A DNA stretch of 64,000 bases from Cenococcum geophilum. Lineage: Eukaryota. Within the stretch, counting starts at the first letter, position 1; each line of letters starts with the position of its first letter. The translations under genes were made by a program, and so were the position numbers. Below the pieces are notes generated by a model. The model was not told where the DNA came from and ran no database searches. It was given only the letters and a program-made list of their open reading frames with translations. Positions 1 to 14,149 of this stretch are shown piece by piece. The DNA is taken from contig CP158636.1 of the NCBI GenBank assembly GCA_050273025.1, forward strand, positions 10,168,001 through 10,232,000, read 5' to 3'.

Positions 1-1439
1 TATAAAGCCTATTTATCCCTTCTCCCAAATCTATTAGGAGCAGACATAATTTGCGATTTTAAGAAGATTTAGGCCGCTACTAAACTTTTTAAATAGGTCC
101 TAGCTAATATACTAGTAATTAAGACAACCTTAAATATTAGTAGTAAGGCTGTAACCTAATAGCCTATATAAATAGTATAGTTAAGGAGACTTTAACATTC
201 TATAAGCCTAGTACTGTAATATATATATATATAGGATAAGTATTAGTAAGTACATTAAGTATTAATACGTTTTCGCACCTCAATAGCTCTAACGCAACCG
301 CGGCTAGTAACTCTATTTCTAAGGAATACTAATAATAGTAGGCGCGGTCGGATTAGTACTAAACCTAATAACTCCCTACCAAATATACCTAGCAGCGATA
401 AGCCTGCCTTAAAGGAAAGCAAAGTAAAGAAAGTAGCTTATTAGAAGTTCCTACGGCCTTTTAATCTTCCTAAAGCTTTTTAAATATTGCCCTTTAATAA
501 ATTAAACGCGTAGCCTATAAAAGAAGAGCTATAGCGACTTGTATATAGACTAGACAACCCTAATAAACACTACCACCCCTTTTAGAAGCGAGAATTAGGG
601 GGATAGGCTATTATATCTTACGGTAAAAGTTCAAACTATAAACTCGTTATAATAAAGAAATACGCGTTAAAACCTACCAATAGTTGCATACATCGTTTAA
701 AAGAGTTCTCTTATGGTAATATTATAAAGCTATATAAAGTCTTTTTATATTAAGGTTCTTTATTTAGCATCTATAAGTATAATTATTTTAAAGTAACGTT
801 ATTAGAGGTCAACTCTGTCTTTATAATACTTAAAGAGTATTATATAGTGGTGATATATTATAAAGTAAGCTAGCCGGTTATAACTGTATATATAACACTA
901 ACTATATACAAGGTTCTTAAGGGTATATATTATTTACAGCGGGTCCTTTAAATTATCCACGGCTACTTTAATACCGATAATATTATACTCTTAGTTGCAG
1001 AAAATATTAGAATTAGTAAAACACTTAACCTATTTATAAGAGATAGGAATACTAATAGCTCTTACTAGTAAATATTGCCGAAAGTATAATAATAGAGGAA
1101 AATAAGGCGTCTATAATAGATACCTAAGATATATAAGCGTTAGGTCGCCTTATAATACAATTAATAGAGACTAATACGAGCATCTAGAATCTAGGGACGT
1201 TAGTTCTTTAACGTCTAGAAGTATAATCTCCTAAGGCGCGGAGTTTCTTAAAGAATATAGAATTTATAACTTTAGAGGAGCTTCTAAAAGTAGGTTGTAT
1301 TACTTCCTAGTTTAAATACGTTGCTTATATAAATTATAGTCGCGCTTTTTAAAAAATTCAACTAGTTCCTAATGTCTTTATCCTTATATTTATACGGCGA
1401 TAATAGTAAAAGAAAGACCCTAGGGATTATACAATGAAA
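1..1439 (+). pseudogene. RIP-degraded protein kinase-like gene (5' end uncertain, may begin before the window)
   Basis: About 600-1400 translates to LVIIKKY...GNIIKLYKVFLY...(intron)...VLKGIYYLQRVL*IIHGYFNTDNIIL...NIRI...DI*ALGRLIIQLIE. This follows kinase subdomain order, with a degenerate catalytic loop and GT-AG introns. Confidence 0.6.
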
Positions 1440-1479
1440 TTAATACGATAGATTAACTATACTACTTCCTATTAATACT

Positions 1480-2570
1480 AATTTAGTAGTTAAGCTTCTT
1501 AGGGGCTCTTTAAGTCCGTTTCTTCTTATTCTTTGCATCGCTCTTATCTAATATACTACTATTAATAATCCCTCTAAGGCCCGTATTCTCCTCTCTTTCT
1601 TTCTCTAGCTAAAGTTTGGTATACTTAAGCGCATCCTAGCTATCCCGGACTTGCCGTTATAAATTATTATTTTTATCTAGTGCTTAAAGCATCTACTTTT
1701 GGAATAAGGCTTTTTAATCCTCTAATTCTATAATTTTATCTAAAGCGTTAAGTTTCCTGTTCATTACTGCAATCTAATACATTAGGTTGGCGGTTATTAG
1801 AGTTAAGTTATAGACTATATATTAGTCTCCCTTTAGCATCGCAATCTCCCTGCGTAAAGTATCTACTATCTTTCTAGCCTCTTGTACTACATTATAAGCG
1901 CACTCTAAGCATTTTTCTGCTTTATCTGCTCTTTCTTTTTCAAATTATAGTTCTTCTCTACTCTCTTAATACTCTAGCCGCTCTTATATAAGCTCCTCTT
2001 TGCACTTAAAGAGAGCGTCCTAATATTTCCTATACGAAATTGTAGCGTTCTTAGCTAACATAGTGGCATATATAAGGCGTTAATTAAGATCTCTTATACG
2101 TAGCTTAAGGCTTTATAAGTAATCGTTTACCATATAAACATTCCCGTAAAATTCCTTTAGGAAATCCCAATATGTTTATTCGTTATATAATTAGCAGCGG
2201 ATACGCGGTATCTTAGTCTCGATTAGTAGATAATATAGAAAATAGTAGATTCTATATTCTCCTTACCGGTCCTAGGGCAGAGTTAGTTACTATTAAGTTT
2301 TTCTTTCTGCTAGAAGATAGTAAGGTGTATTAGATTAAGTTTTATAGAGTAGAGCTACTACCCCTCTTTATACGTTGCTCGTAATGTATAAAGAGCTTAA
2401 TACTCTTAAGGTACGCTATGTTCGTAAAGCTATAAGGTTTATAACCGTTATCTAATCACCTAGTTTAACCTTATAAGTAATGCGATATTAATAATTAATT
2501 ACTAGGAACCATTAAGCTAATATATTTATATAAGGGTTTATTATAGCCTAGCTTATCGCCCATAATGTGC
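1480..2570 (-). pseudogene. RIP-degraded coiled-coil hypothetical protein
   Basis: Minus frame reads DALFKCKEELI*ERLEY*ESREEL*FEKERADKAEKCLECAYNVVQEARKIVDTLRREIAMLKG. Stops fall at probable Gln codons. Confidence 0.4.
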
Positions 2571-3212
2571 TTAATAACTAGGATATTAAGAATAGCAAAC
2601 CGCAATTACTAGTTCTGGAAGCCCTGTGGCTGTCTATTAGAATTGCTATAACGCTCTAATCCCTCTCATTTTCAGAATCAAACTGATTTATTTAAGGATA
2701 AAGATAACCACGGATACGCCTAAGGAGGTTTTAAAATCGCTACACGTGTATAATGGTATATATAGCGGCAGCGCCTTTATTAAGGTTGTCTTAAAATCTT
2801 AAATTAAACAGTAATAAGTAGGGTATAATCACTTAAAGCGCAGTTAGGGAAGATTTAACTTCAACACACTTATAGGAAGTATTTAAAGAGTTTCTCTAAA
2901 TCTAAGGGAGATGGTTTAAAAGCCAATTTAGAGTTAATATCAATTTATCTATAATAACTATCTATATATATCCCGTTATATAACCTTACCTAAATTAAGG
3001 GAGTCTACTCTGCCCCGCTACTAATATTAATACTCATTTTACCTTTAATAAATTAAAGGTTATAGAACTCCTAATTATAGCTAATTACCTAACTTAATAA
3101 AGTATTACGAATATACGTCAAACTAACCCTTAACCTCTTCTTTAATAGTTTTATTAGCACTCTAAAGTAATACAGCGTTAGTTTATAGCTAGGGAATTTA
3201 TAGCTTATATAA

Positions 3213-3617
3213 GTTAACACCAAATTTTCAGTATGGAATTTGTGCTATAACTTATAATATAGGTCTAGAATTCCTGCCCGTTTACTATAGTAGGAGGATA
3301 TTAAAAGTACGGGCTATATAGATAGCTCACGGTAGATTGTCTAGGAGGTACCGCCTTAGTAAAAATAGGGGTATTTACTTCGGGCCTCCCGTTATTAGCA
3401 ATCCTCTTTATTCTCGCCTAATTCTTAACCTCTCTCCTCTTTAAGGCTTTATGCTTGTTAGTTAAGGCATCCTCTATTTTATATCGCTAAATATTTTAAA
3501 CCCTATTATTATAGGCCTCTATTATCCAGCCTTATAGTTTATTATTATATTTAGCCCTTAGATCCAAAAAAAGCTTTTTCTCCTTAGGGTAGTATGCCTT
3601 CTTGCTAAATAATATAT
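3213..3617 (-). pseudogene. Myb/SANT-like DNA-binding protein
   Basis: KKAYYPKEKKLFLDLRAKYNNKL*GWIIEAYNNRV*NI*RYKIEDALTNKHKALKRRE. After RIP reversal this fits the Myb/SANT pattern Y-x-x-EE-x-LF-x-x-LR...W..I...YN...T..AL..K...LK. Confidence 0.55.
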
Positions 3618-3989
3618 CTAAAATATAGAGGTATAACTAGCGTAAAGAGGATAGGCTAGTGAGATCGGAAGATTGATAAATAAAAGAGCTATAGAGTAGT
3701 AAAGCTAGGAGTGATAAGTGGTAACTAACGTAAGAGCTATATAGCTGGCCTACTTTATTCCTTTATAAGAACGTTTAGTATATTAGGGAAAGCCACCTCT
3801 TAAATCTAATACGCTTTAGATTTCCCCGTATAGTATATTACAGGTACCTTAAAATAGGTATCCGACTTAGATTATATAGGCTATCTCGATTTATAAAACG
3901 TACTTAAACGCTAAATTAAGTTAGATAGAGTAAAAGAGGTGAAATCTATTATACTATCCATTTCCGTCACTAATTACCGTTATAACGCC

Positions 3990-4176
3990 TTTACCTAGTA
4001 TACAACTTCATCTACCTACTACACTACTTAATCCACCTAGCATGAATGTTCACCTACCCAGTATAAATATTCACTTACTTAGCATGAATATTCACTTACC
4101 TAGTATGAATATTTACTTACCTAGCACATCCACCTACCTAGCACATCCACCTACCCAGCACATCTACCCACCCGGC
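3990..4176. repeat. Tandem 21-bp repeats (cacctacctagcatgaatatt-like) followed by 18-bp variants
   Basis: About 6 units of 21 bp, then 3 units like cacctacctagcacatc, directly visible. Confidence 0.85.
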
Positions 4177-4425
4177 ATTATTATTCGGTATTTAATAGCA
4201 CCGCCGCTCTTTACCCTCTTTATAGGGAACTCCACTTTTATACGCGATAGTAATTCATTACTACTGCTTATAGGGGTTTATATATCTCCGTTTAGAACAG
4301 AGCGAATTATATACACGACTAGCTACGAAAGATATCGGTTAGGGATATTATATATAAGTAGGTCCAGAGGGGTAATATATTATCAATTTTAGTAATATAA
4401 AAGCGTTCCTACTGCTCTTAAAATA

Positions 4426-4968
4426 ATGGAGAGTATAGATAATAACATCTTTTTTAAAGATTAGGACGCTCTTTTTCCGGAGATTCTAAAACTTAAAACA
4501 ATATAGGAGCCTAAATTAAAGCCCCTAGAGAATTCACCTATATATATTACAAATATATAGTAGAAAGAGAGCAATCTAGAAACATGGCTTAAAGGCTTAG
4601 GCGGACATCCTATTATACTAGATTAGTGCTATAGCACAGTTAATAAGGACGGGGGGCTTCGATAGAATAAGCCTAACTTATTAGATATTAATGGCACTAA
4701 TAACTTACTAACGTAGACGTAGGTTACACAGCCTATAAATAAATCGCTAGCAGTTTTATAAGACGTCCCTATTTAGCTAAAAGGCTTACAGGAGTAAGTA
4801 AAGCAACTTTAGCTTTTTATCGTGGACAAGTTAGAGCAAATTAAAAGGCATATAGTAGAAACTAAAGGATATATCGACAAGCTCCTACCCTAGACACTTA
4901 AGGTTCACGCTGCAATATTGGATATTACCGACCGAATTAGTAAAGCTAGTTCTAGTAAGTTTACGTAG
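4426..4968 (+). pseudogene. RIP-degraded hypothetical protein with C-terminal coiled coil
   Basis: ATG at 4426 opens a continuous frame ending LKGLQE*VKQL*LFIVDKLEQIKRHIVETKGYIDKLLP*TLKVHAAILDITDRI. Internal stops are TAG/TAA only. Confidence 0.45.
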
Positions 4969-7900
4969 GGTAGTTAATAGGTTATCCGTTATACGCATCT
5001 TAGAGACGTTTAAGTGGCCAACCTTAAGGCAGGTAGCAACTTCTAATTCATATATAAAGGTTAGGCTAGGTAGCTAAAAGTTTAATTTTATCTTTATTAT
5101 CTTTACTACCACTATACCAGGCAAAAAGTGGCCGAAATTAGAAGAAATTATCGTTCTATATTAAGCTTTAAGGGGTATAAGCTATATAAGATATATTAAA
5201 ATCCTTAAGGATAGCTAAGGGAGAGACCGTACTATTATAGCTATATAATGTAAATTACTATAACTCTAAGAGGATAATCTACTTCTCTATAACTTATAAA
5301 CGAAATTATAGAACACTTAAGAGGTAGATAGGTAGATAGCTTTATAAAGCCTTTTTAAGAACGAGCTTAAAGTTAAACACGCGGAATGTGCCATTTAAGT
5401 ATAGATCTTTATAGGCGGTATATATAGTAAATTTCTTAAACATTACAACTTAGCAAGATGTTAATCTCTAGGCGGATTATGGCCCCAACGTTTTCCAACT
5501 CTATTTTCGCCCATACCTCTATATTTCTTACTTATCCTAAACGCGCAACTAAGGAGAAATTGCATATATAGGGCGCCTCTAATTTCCTATCTAAAGGGAA
5601 GTAGCGGAGATAATAATAATAACTTAAAGAAGCGAATAAGTGTATGGATTATAACGCCACAAATATTAGGTGACCTTTTTTTCATATATATAATTAGGTA
5701 GGGAATATACACCCCTACCTAATTTATTATTTTGATTTCTTATCCATAACTTGTTTAGTATAGGATTTCTATATAGCCTATTATTTCCACACGCATTTAG
5801 CGTAGGGTATTTCGTAGAGTAGGAGGCGTAGTGAGAAAGGCGTAGTATAACTACAATTTTTACCAATTCTATTAACCTTACTAAATTCTTAACTCTATTC
5901 CCGGATTCCCTAAACTACGTTTATACGTCTTCCTACTTAGTAGTATAAATACTCTATACCCGTTAATATTTATTTTTAATAAAATAATAGAAATCCCATA
6001 AGTACGATAAAATCGCAAAACCAACGTCTTTAGGTTATTAATACTTCCGTCACTTAAATCTTTATTATACTAATAATATAAAAAAAACCCGGGAGATCTT
6101 TATATCCGCACTATACTTAAAGAACGAAAGACTGTATTTAAAACCTTTTATTCCGTAAAGGTTTAACAAAAGACATTAAGCTATCTTCCTCTTAGTAGAT
6201 ATAAATTCTCAAGAGTAGGCTACAAAACGATTATAATAGACCTAGAAACGTTATAGAAGACGCCAAATAGAAATGCCACCTTAAATGACTAAAAGTGGTA
6301 ATACGCAATTTAAGAAAAACTAAAGATCGAAGAGATAATAACTATAGAGATATGCTAGGCAAAGTCTTAGCCTAGTTATAAGGGTCTTACTAGAGAGTAA
6401 TAGGAGTTAAAGGAGTTAGGGAAGATAGTAGTTAACAACTATAGCCTACTAAAAGAAAGAAATTGTATAAAGATATTAAAAGGGTTCTTTTATATAAGCT
6501 TATATAATACTAGTATAGATATTAAGTTGGTAAGAGCAGACTTATTTAAGTAGTATTAGCATAGAGGATTAAATAATACAGTTAACTACTTCCTAATAGG
6601 AAATTATATAAATAGTAAATAAAATCTTATATTATACAGCCTTTAGATTAATGCAAATTAATCCTAGGTTATGCTTTAAAGATAATCCCCCTTTATTCCC
6701 CTAGGAAAACCAAACAAAATTAAAGAAGATTTAGTTAGTAGAGATTTATATTTCTAGCGGGTATCTATCTTAAAACCAAAGCAAAGCGTAAGTTAGCTAC
6801 GCTAGAGGCTATATTCTTTCTTAGTAACTATTAACTTACTAATTTAATAGCCACCTAGGTCTCTTAGCTGTAGCTTAAAGTACTTATTTTTACTAGACAT
6901 TGTTATTAATAGCGAAATCCCTTATTCTATTATTGATTTTATACTTCTAAATTCTCTATAGCTAATACGCTATTAAAGTTTACCCAACCGACCCTTAAAT
7001 TTATTCCTTCCACCTCTTTTATATAGGTACTATCTTTTAAGAGCTATATATATCAGTTTGGTTATAGATAACCGTTATAATTAATCCCTTAAAATAAAGA
7101 CCATTATTTACTTCTTACTCTATAATATTATACAAGTTTATAGCTCTTTATCGGTAGAGTAAAAGAGCCCCCACCTATAAAGCATATCTAACTTTTTATT
7201 TTATAGATTATTTTTATCTCTAAAGTAAATAAGTAGGGTAATTTTGTAGGGGATATAGGATATACGCGCAATTATAGCAAAGACTACTCTCTTTTATATA
7301 TTTTAAACTAATAGGCTAATTCTAGAGTAGCTGGTATTTAAGAGTTTTATACTATACTTAGTTTTAACTCTTTAGAATCCTTCTATAGTGCATTTTAAAA
7401 ATAGTAGTGCTAAATAAAAGGATATCTAAGACTTTGGGCTGCCCCTAGCTCTCCTATTAATACCTACTATTAAGAGAATAGTGTAATATCTACTCTAAAA
7501 GTATAGGATAGCATTGTAGGCAATATATACTGGTTTAGAAGTTACTAGCCTAGAAGTATAAACGGCAGTCTTAGTAGGTAGGACACTACCTTATAGAATA
7601 AGGTATAAATATAGAAAGCAAATTAAGGGAAACCAAACGTATCACTAAGAGGGAGAGGTAAGAATTTCTCCTTTCTATTAAATTACTTACTAAAAGCGTG
7701 GAGTGTTAAATATTAGCCTATTTAATAAAGAAATATATAGCAGCAATGGCAGTAATAGGCCTTACTAGTGTTTATTTAGAATACCTTACAATATTTAAGT
7801 TAGGAGCGTATATAGGGTATATTAGCTTTAGGATTTCTTAGGTCAATATAAACTATATACCAACGCGGTTTAGGTAAGATTTATATAGGTCTATTTAGTT

Positions 7901-8199
7901 TTAAGCTAACTTAAGCAGTTCTATACCTCCTATATAGATATTAATATTATAGATAAATAAAAGTAGCACCTGGCTTGCAAGTTAAGAGGCGTTAATGGCG
8001 GCTATATATAATATAGTAAATGGCCATTTTACTCTAGTCTAGGGCTATAAAATTTTCATAGAGATACTCTTAATTAATATAACGTTTAATCACACTATAC
8101 TTTCTAGTTTATAGTATACTAGACTTTACCTATTTACTACGCACTGCTTAATTATCTCTAACGCGTTAAATGCTAAGATATAAATATTCTATATCCACT

Positions 8200-9085
8200 A
8201 AATTCAGTTTATACAATTTAAAGTAAGTGTCTCTATCGCCGAGCACAGCCGTATAGGCAGTATATTGGCTATAATTGTAATTTGCTAAAACTAGGCTAAA
8301 CGCTAACAACACTAAATTAATCCAACTTGTCTTTAAGTTTTGTACTTAAGGTACCTCTAGCTTCCTTTAAACCCGGGGTATTTTAGCGGAACCCCTATTT
8401 TACTTATCTCTTTAGTAACTACCTTATAGAAGCTAAACCGAATCTTAATAGAACTATTTATAAATAGAAACTCACCTATATATTCACCTTTTAGAGCTAT
8501 AAATTCAATATTAAGTTCTAATATATTAACTTTTATAGCGTCGGGATTAAGTTCCAAAAGATGGTAGGCGGTAATTATTACTATAATTCCAAAAAGCGGA
8601 GATTTATTAAGAAAATCTAACACTACATCTCCGGAATCTAGGGGGAAAAAGGTATAGGATGCGGTTACTAATAAACTTTTAATATTTTTAATATATTCCC
8701 CCAACCCAACCAAGGTCCTTAGTGCATAGTCTTATAGTCTTAAATAGGCAATATCCTCCCTTATAAACTTGTAGATGTGTATAATATAGCCTATATAGTT
8801 ATTATAGATATATCTCTCGCCTAGGTAGAGTTCGCTATAAAAAATCCAGTTAAAGAAAGTAACTAAAAGGTATAAAGGGTAGTTCTTATAATCTAAGTCA
8901 CTTATTTTAAGCTTTTTGGGGCTCCTAGTTAGCTTGTTAAGAAAGCGATTACTAACACTATATAAAAGCGTGCGCGGGGTATATAATTTTATATTATTAT
9001 CGCCTGCGCCACCGGTATAGATAGTAATAATATTAAAGTTATAGCTCCTAGTCGCAAGTAAGTCTTTCTTTATATTAAATTCCAT
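8200..9085 (-). pseudogene. BTB/POZ-domain protein
   Basis: ORF 8732-9085 reads ITIYTGGAGDNNIKLYTPRTLLYSVSNRFLNKL...ISDLDYKNYPLYLLVTFFNWIFYSEL, resembling the fungal BTB pattern (V.I.VG...F..H..LLC..S..F...I.L.D..P..F..F..W.Y). ORF 8357-8713 is in the same frame. Confidence 0.5.
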
Positions 9086-9899
9086 AGCTGCAAACTTACC
9101 TATAGAATGTAGTAAAAATTAGATCTAGGTAGTTAACCATTTTCAGGCTAATATATATGCTTTTAGGTATATTCTCATAGCAGAATCCCTAAGGATCTCT
9201 ATATTATTAATAAGCTAATAAGATAGGAAGGTTAGAAATGGCTGTGACCACCTTACCCACTTACCACTTACCTACTCACTCGCCTTACCTACCTTATCTA
9301 CCTCACCTACCTTACTTGCCTTACCTACCCCTCTACCCAAGATAATAAGCACGGCAAGCTTTATAATTCAGTTTCTGAAGCTTGTTTAACGGGCCTTATA
9401 AGGGTTAGCTCCTTTAAGCTAGTAAGGGTCTTCTTTTAGGTAGTTGCGGACCATAACTATACCGCGTATAGGCTAGGATTGCACGAGCCGGGCTAGATTA
9501 GCTAGATCCCTTACAGCTAAGATTATCCCCTATTTATAAGCGCAGACTCCGTCTAACCTATATTACGTTAACGCCGGCCCCCTACTAAAGCTTTTCTACA
9601 CTTTATAAAGTACCTCCACTATATATTAGATATAGTGGCGCAGAGTAGGACATTAAGGGAGAATCGGTAATTACGTACTGTTACCTAACACTAAGCAACG
9701 CCCGTTAATTACGCTATTTTATATTACTAGACGTTTTTCAGCTGTTTATATCGTTACTCCTATACTAGGGATTTATAACATTTATCTAATAACCTATATT
9801 ACTTATTTATAAAAATGTTACAAGGGAAGCTTTTATTAAATAATTAAACACTTAAGGGGCAGCTACCGAATATATAACGCCACGCTCGGTACCTAACCA

Positions 9900-10860
9900 G
9901 CTCTTAGCAACCCCATTAACCTTTTAATTTATAAAATAGCTTTCTAACCGTCTTCTAATAATAGTAATATACCTATATATGTCACCGACGTAGAGAATGT
10001 CATCAGTTATTAATATTAGTAAGTATTTTAATATCTCCTTACCCCCCTAAATCCTCTAAGCGACTTTCTAACTTATTCGTTATAGGATATATCTATTAAC
10101 GGCTTAATTACGCGGAACTTCTTATACCCCAACGTTAATAGGAATAGTAAGGCATCTAGTTAAAGTTCTATAAATTAAGATTAAAAGTTATATGCTCCCA
10201 CTCTATATATAAAAAGTCTAGAGGATAAGTTAGCGTTTAAAAGGGTATATATACCCCTATAAAGTGTTTTCCCTATCTAATAAGCAGTAACTGCAGAAGG
10301 AAAGGGCAGCCTTATAGCAAAGGGTAGAGAGGCTAAAGGGCATAGAGGTGGAGCTTATAGCTTTACGGGTATATATACCCTCTAAGCTATTTTTTAAATT
10401 TGGTTAATAGAGTGGCAACTATAAAAATGAGGTAAAACCTTAGAGCAAAGGGTTAAAATAATAGAGGACGCTATAAAACTATTAGTTAAGGTTACGTTTA
10501 GAATACACCTTAAGGGAAATAAGGTATAATATATCCTCTTAGTATAGTATAAACTATCTAACCTAAAAGTCTAGGTTACTATAAGTCTCATTAAATGCTA
10601 TAACAGTTTGTTAAGAGATAAGCGGTAAGTTTTAGTAAATAGTAGGTATTTAAGCAGCTATTATTCCTATTAGATTATAGAACGCTAGGAGTTAGTTTTT
10701 AAATTACTTTAGCAAATAGATAGTAGATAGGTTGTACTTATATTAGCAACTATTACTTTTACCTTAAAAGAATGCCTTAGTGGCAGCATTTAGTCCTAAT
10801 AATCTATTTAAGGTATAAGAGCGTTATATAGCTTAGCTAATCGTCGTAGTTACATTACGT
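9900..10860 (+). pseudogene. RIP-degraded coiled-coil hypothetical protein
   Basis: Exons read LQKERAAL*QRVERLKGIEVELIALR and LEQRVKIIEDAIKLLVKVTFRIHLK. Confidence 0.35.
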
Positions 10861-12934
10861 AAACTGCCCTTTTATAGTTTAGCGCGCCCTTATCTTTTAA
10901 CCTAATATTAACACCCTAAGCTCCATCGCGCTTCCCACTACCGCTATCTCCCCCCTAAACTTTCCCTTATCTCTTCCCTAGCCGCATTACTTTATAAGGC
11001 CAATTAATAACATTTACTACCCTAACTACCACTTTAAGATTTTATACTAACAATACTTATAGGCGTATAGCGGTCTCTTAAATAATCCCTTCTCTTCTAC
11101 TCCTACGGCCCCTCTCCTCTAAATTTTCTTTAGCGAAACCAATTACTTGTTCTAGTTAGCTGCTACTTTACGTTCCTTACTATTTAACTATCTTATCTCC
11201 GGAACACCTAGACATACATCCACTACTATACATTTTACTCTGGCTTTACCTTTATTGCTCTTAACCATTTTAGTTAAATACGCGCCTTAGTTATTGTCAT
11301 GCTCTTCTAGAATTAGGGTTTTACTATTAGGCCTAACTTTTTGGCATTAGCTTTAGTTACTCTAGAAAGGGCTAAAAACTAAGCTACGCAGAAACTAAAG
11401 TATAAATTTGGCGCCAGAGCTACAAAAAATAACTAGTCTTAGCGGCTGCATTAATGATATAGCTATATAGTACCAATATTTCCAGCTTAACAATTAATGC
11501 GCCTCTGTTTTAACCAGTATATACGTAAAAGGAGCATAGGCTGCCGCTATCTTACTACTTGTATAGAGTTCAATAGTTATATTAGCTACCGTTAACCGAT
11601 CTCCCAGCTAGCCTTAGCAACCCATTAAAATCTACCTCGTCCTTTCGCATATATCCTAATAGGTTATACCTTGCCAAACTTAACGGAAATTGCCCCTAGG
11701 CGGATAGCGGGCGTTATAGGCAGTCGTCAACCTACTAGCTCTGTCCCTTGCGGCATTTAAATAGATCTTATATCTATAGCGCTATATTTACCCTCTTTAC
11801 TATAATAGGAAGATTAGTATATAAGAGTAGTATTAGATTTACCGTTTACCTCTTAGACTATAAAGGATTTAAAGCATTTATTTAGCTAAAATGTCTAGAA
11901 GTCTATTATTTGGGATTATTACTTATAGAACGGACTTCCCCTTATAATTGGTTAGATGGTACCTATATTAGCCCTTTTACTAGCCCGTTATTTCTTTAGT
12001 CCCTATATAGTATAAACCAAGATTCCCTATTTATAAGGCGGAGCAGGAGAAGTAGGTATATTAGTATTAGCTAAACTTATACCGGTAGCTGTAAGACGCT
12101 AAAGGGGGGCTCCGTAGCTGAAAATTTGACAAGGGCATTATCTCTATTTAAACCCATTATGTTCCCTCTTACATTATATTCTATACCCCTTATATCCGCG
12201 TCTTAGTATCTGCCTAGGCTTTAATTTCCGCCATTAATTATATACCTTTAAGCTTTCGTCTTTAAACTGTCTCTCCCAGTTTCTATCTAACAAATCTCCC
12301 TACTAAAGAGCCTATATACCTTCTTTTATTACTCTAAAAGTAGATTACGGCCCGGCTCTAAAGGTAACTAAAGGAGATGGTATAATTTAGAGCTTAGAAC
12401 GTAGGCATATATTAAATACCTAGATAATTAAACACACTAAATTATTCTAACTTTAGAAACAGGATAAGTACCCCTTTACAACGCTTAGCCTATATATTAC
12501 GCCCTAAAGTAACTAGATTTATCCATTTTTTAAAAATCCAAATAATAACACTTCTTATTACGACTTGGCTTTATTATATATATAGCAAAGTAAGCACTAC
12601 ACAAAACATTTAAAAGACCTATACTGACACCTTTAGGTAACAAAGCGGCTTATCGCTTTCATTATCTTCTAACCTATTCTCCTACTTACTAAACGGCGTA
12701 CGAATATCTACCCTTTCCTTAACTACTATATCTAAAACTTCAATGTCTACCTTAAAGCGGCCACTATCTCCGGCTGGAAACTTAGGAAAGCGATAATATA
12801 TAATACTAGACAACCCAGAGACAATTATACTACTTTATAGTTATTCTTCTAGGTTAATACTACCGCGCGGTACCCTTTATAGTTTAGTATACACTATTAG
12901 AAAATATAAAGTCACTAGGGATTCTAAGCTTACA

Positions 12935-13090
12935 TATTAACCTAAATTGGATTTTGCCACCTTAACTTAGTTACTAACCCCTTGACTTAGTCACCAACCT
13001 AATTACCCTTATGTATATATAGAGGCCCTAGAGCCACCCTTAATAGATAAACTTCTTATTCTTAACCTACGCACGGACTTCCTATTAATA
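12935..13090. mobile_element. Solo LTR, family A (ancestral TGTCGAC...GTCGACA)
   Basis: Starts TATTAACCTAAATT, the RIP form of TGTCGACCTAAATT at 56246, and ends ATTAATA. Flanks are TTACA/TTATA, a 5-bp TSD with one CpA>TpA change. Shares the internal tatatatagagg...ttaatag...cttattctt core with 56246-56480. Confidence 0.75.
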
Positions 13091-14149
13091 TTATACCACC
13101 ACAATTCGTTAAATTAAAAACAGCAGCGAATTTAAATATAGAGGATAAGTAGAGCTAGTTAGACACATCTAATTAAAAATTCCCCTCCCTAGAGAAGAGA
13201 TGGTAAGCACTTCTTTCCTTTTTTTAGAGCTAAGTGCTATAGAGGTAAAACTATATTAGACGAATTAAGCTAGATGGTAATAATTAAATTAATAGATAAT
13301 ACTGCTCTTAAACGACCTAAAAATAACTTTAGTAGCTAATACCACCAATAACTAAGGGGGAAAAGGATGCGTTAACGCAAGACATTTAATACTTAAACAT
13401 TTTAGTAACTAAGTATAAAACTTTCCCGATTATATTTTAGCTGGTTTTAGCCATTTAAATAATACTAACAGGTATATAACTAAAACAACTCTAAAGAGCG
13501 CCAAGACGATTAATGGAATCTTAGCTAGTATTAGCTGCGCCATATAGTTAAATCGCGAAGCGCTAACTTCGTCTCCTCCTGCCTTCTTCGCCTTTAACCT
13601 CCTCTACTTCCATTTTTTTACCCCTTAGATTTCTGCGTTAAAAACCACTGGTAAGACTTATACAGTAACCTTTTAGACCCTTTCTTTACCGGACCATACT
13701 CTATATAGAATCTTACACCATTAATACGAAATTCTATCTATTTAATTTAAAAGCCTGCCTTAAACCGCACCTTTTATAGTAAACTAGCGGGATTTATTAC
13801 TATTGATCCTTAAGGATCGCCTATTACGCACAAGGGCTAAAGTAACGCTTATTAATTCCGCCAATCTATCCTTTAGCGTTAATGCAATAAGTAAGTGCAT
13901 ATACGCCTTAACACCCTCTTAATTTCCCTTCTATATACTAATAAAACATTCCTAAAGCCGCCCTCTCTTCGGCATCCCTATAAAACTTTATTTATCCGTT
14001 TCCCTTATATATATATATACTCTAACATCTATCCTCTAAGCGTCCTATTAAGCTCCGCCTTTCTATTAAACCCTTAATTTAATAGCAAGTATTAGGTTAG
14101 AAAGGTAGACAGTTAAAACATCTTTAAGGCATCTTTTAACACAGCTATC

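Noticed and set aside
4042..4392. 116-aa ORF with MNIHLPS repeats
   Set aside because: It arises from the 21-bp tandem repeat and shows no protein-like signal afterwards.
6700..8060. Possible patatin (GINRRARG read as DGG.RG) or captain recombinase
   Set aside because: The glycine motif is one residue short, and no GTSTG or recombinase motifs were found. The region is left unassigned.
9397..9515. Possible solo LTR (TATAAGGG...CCCTTACA)
   Set aside because: Inverted termini are present but the flanks GGCCT/GCTAA do not form a TSD and no second copy was seen.
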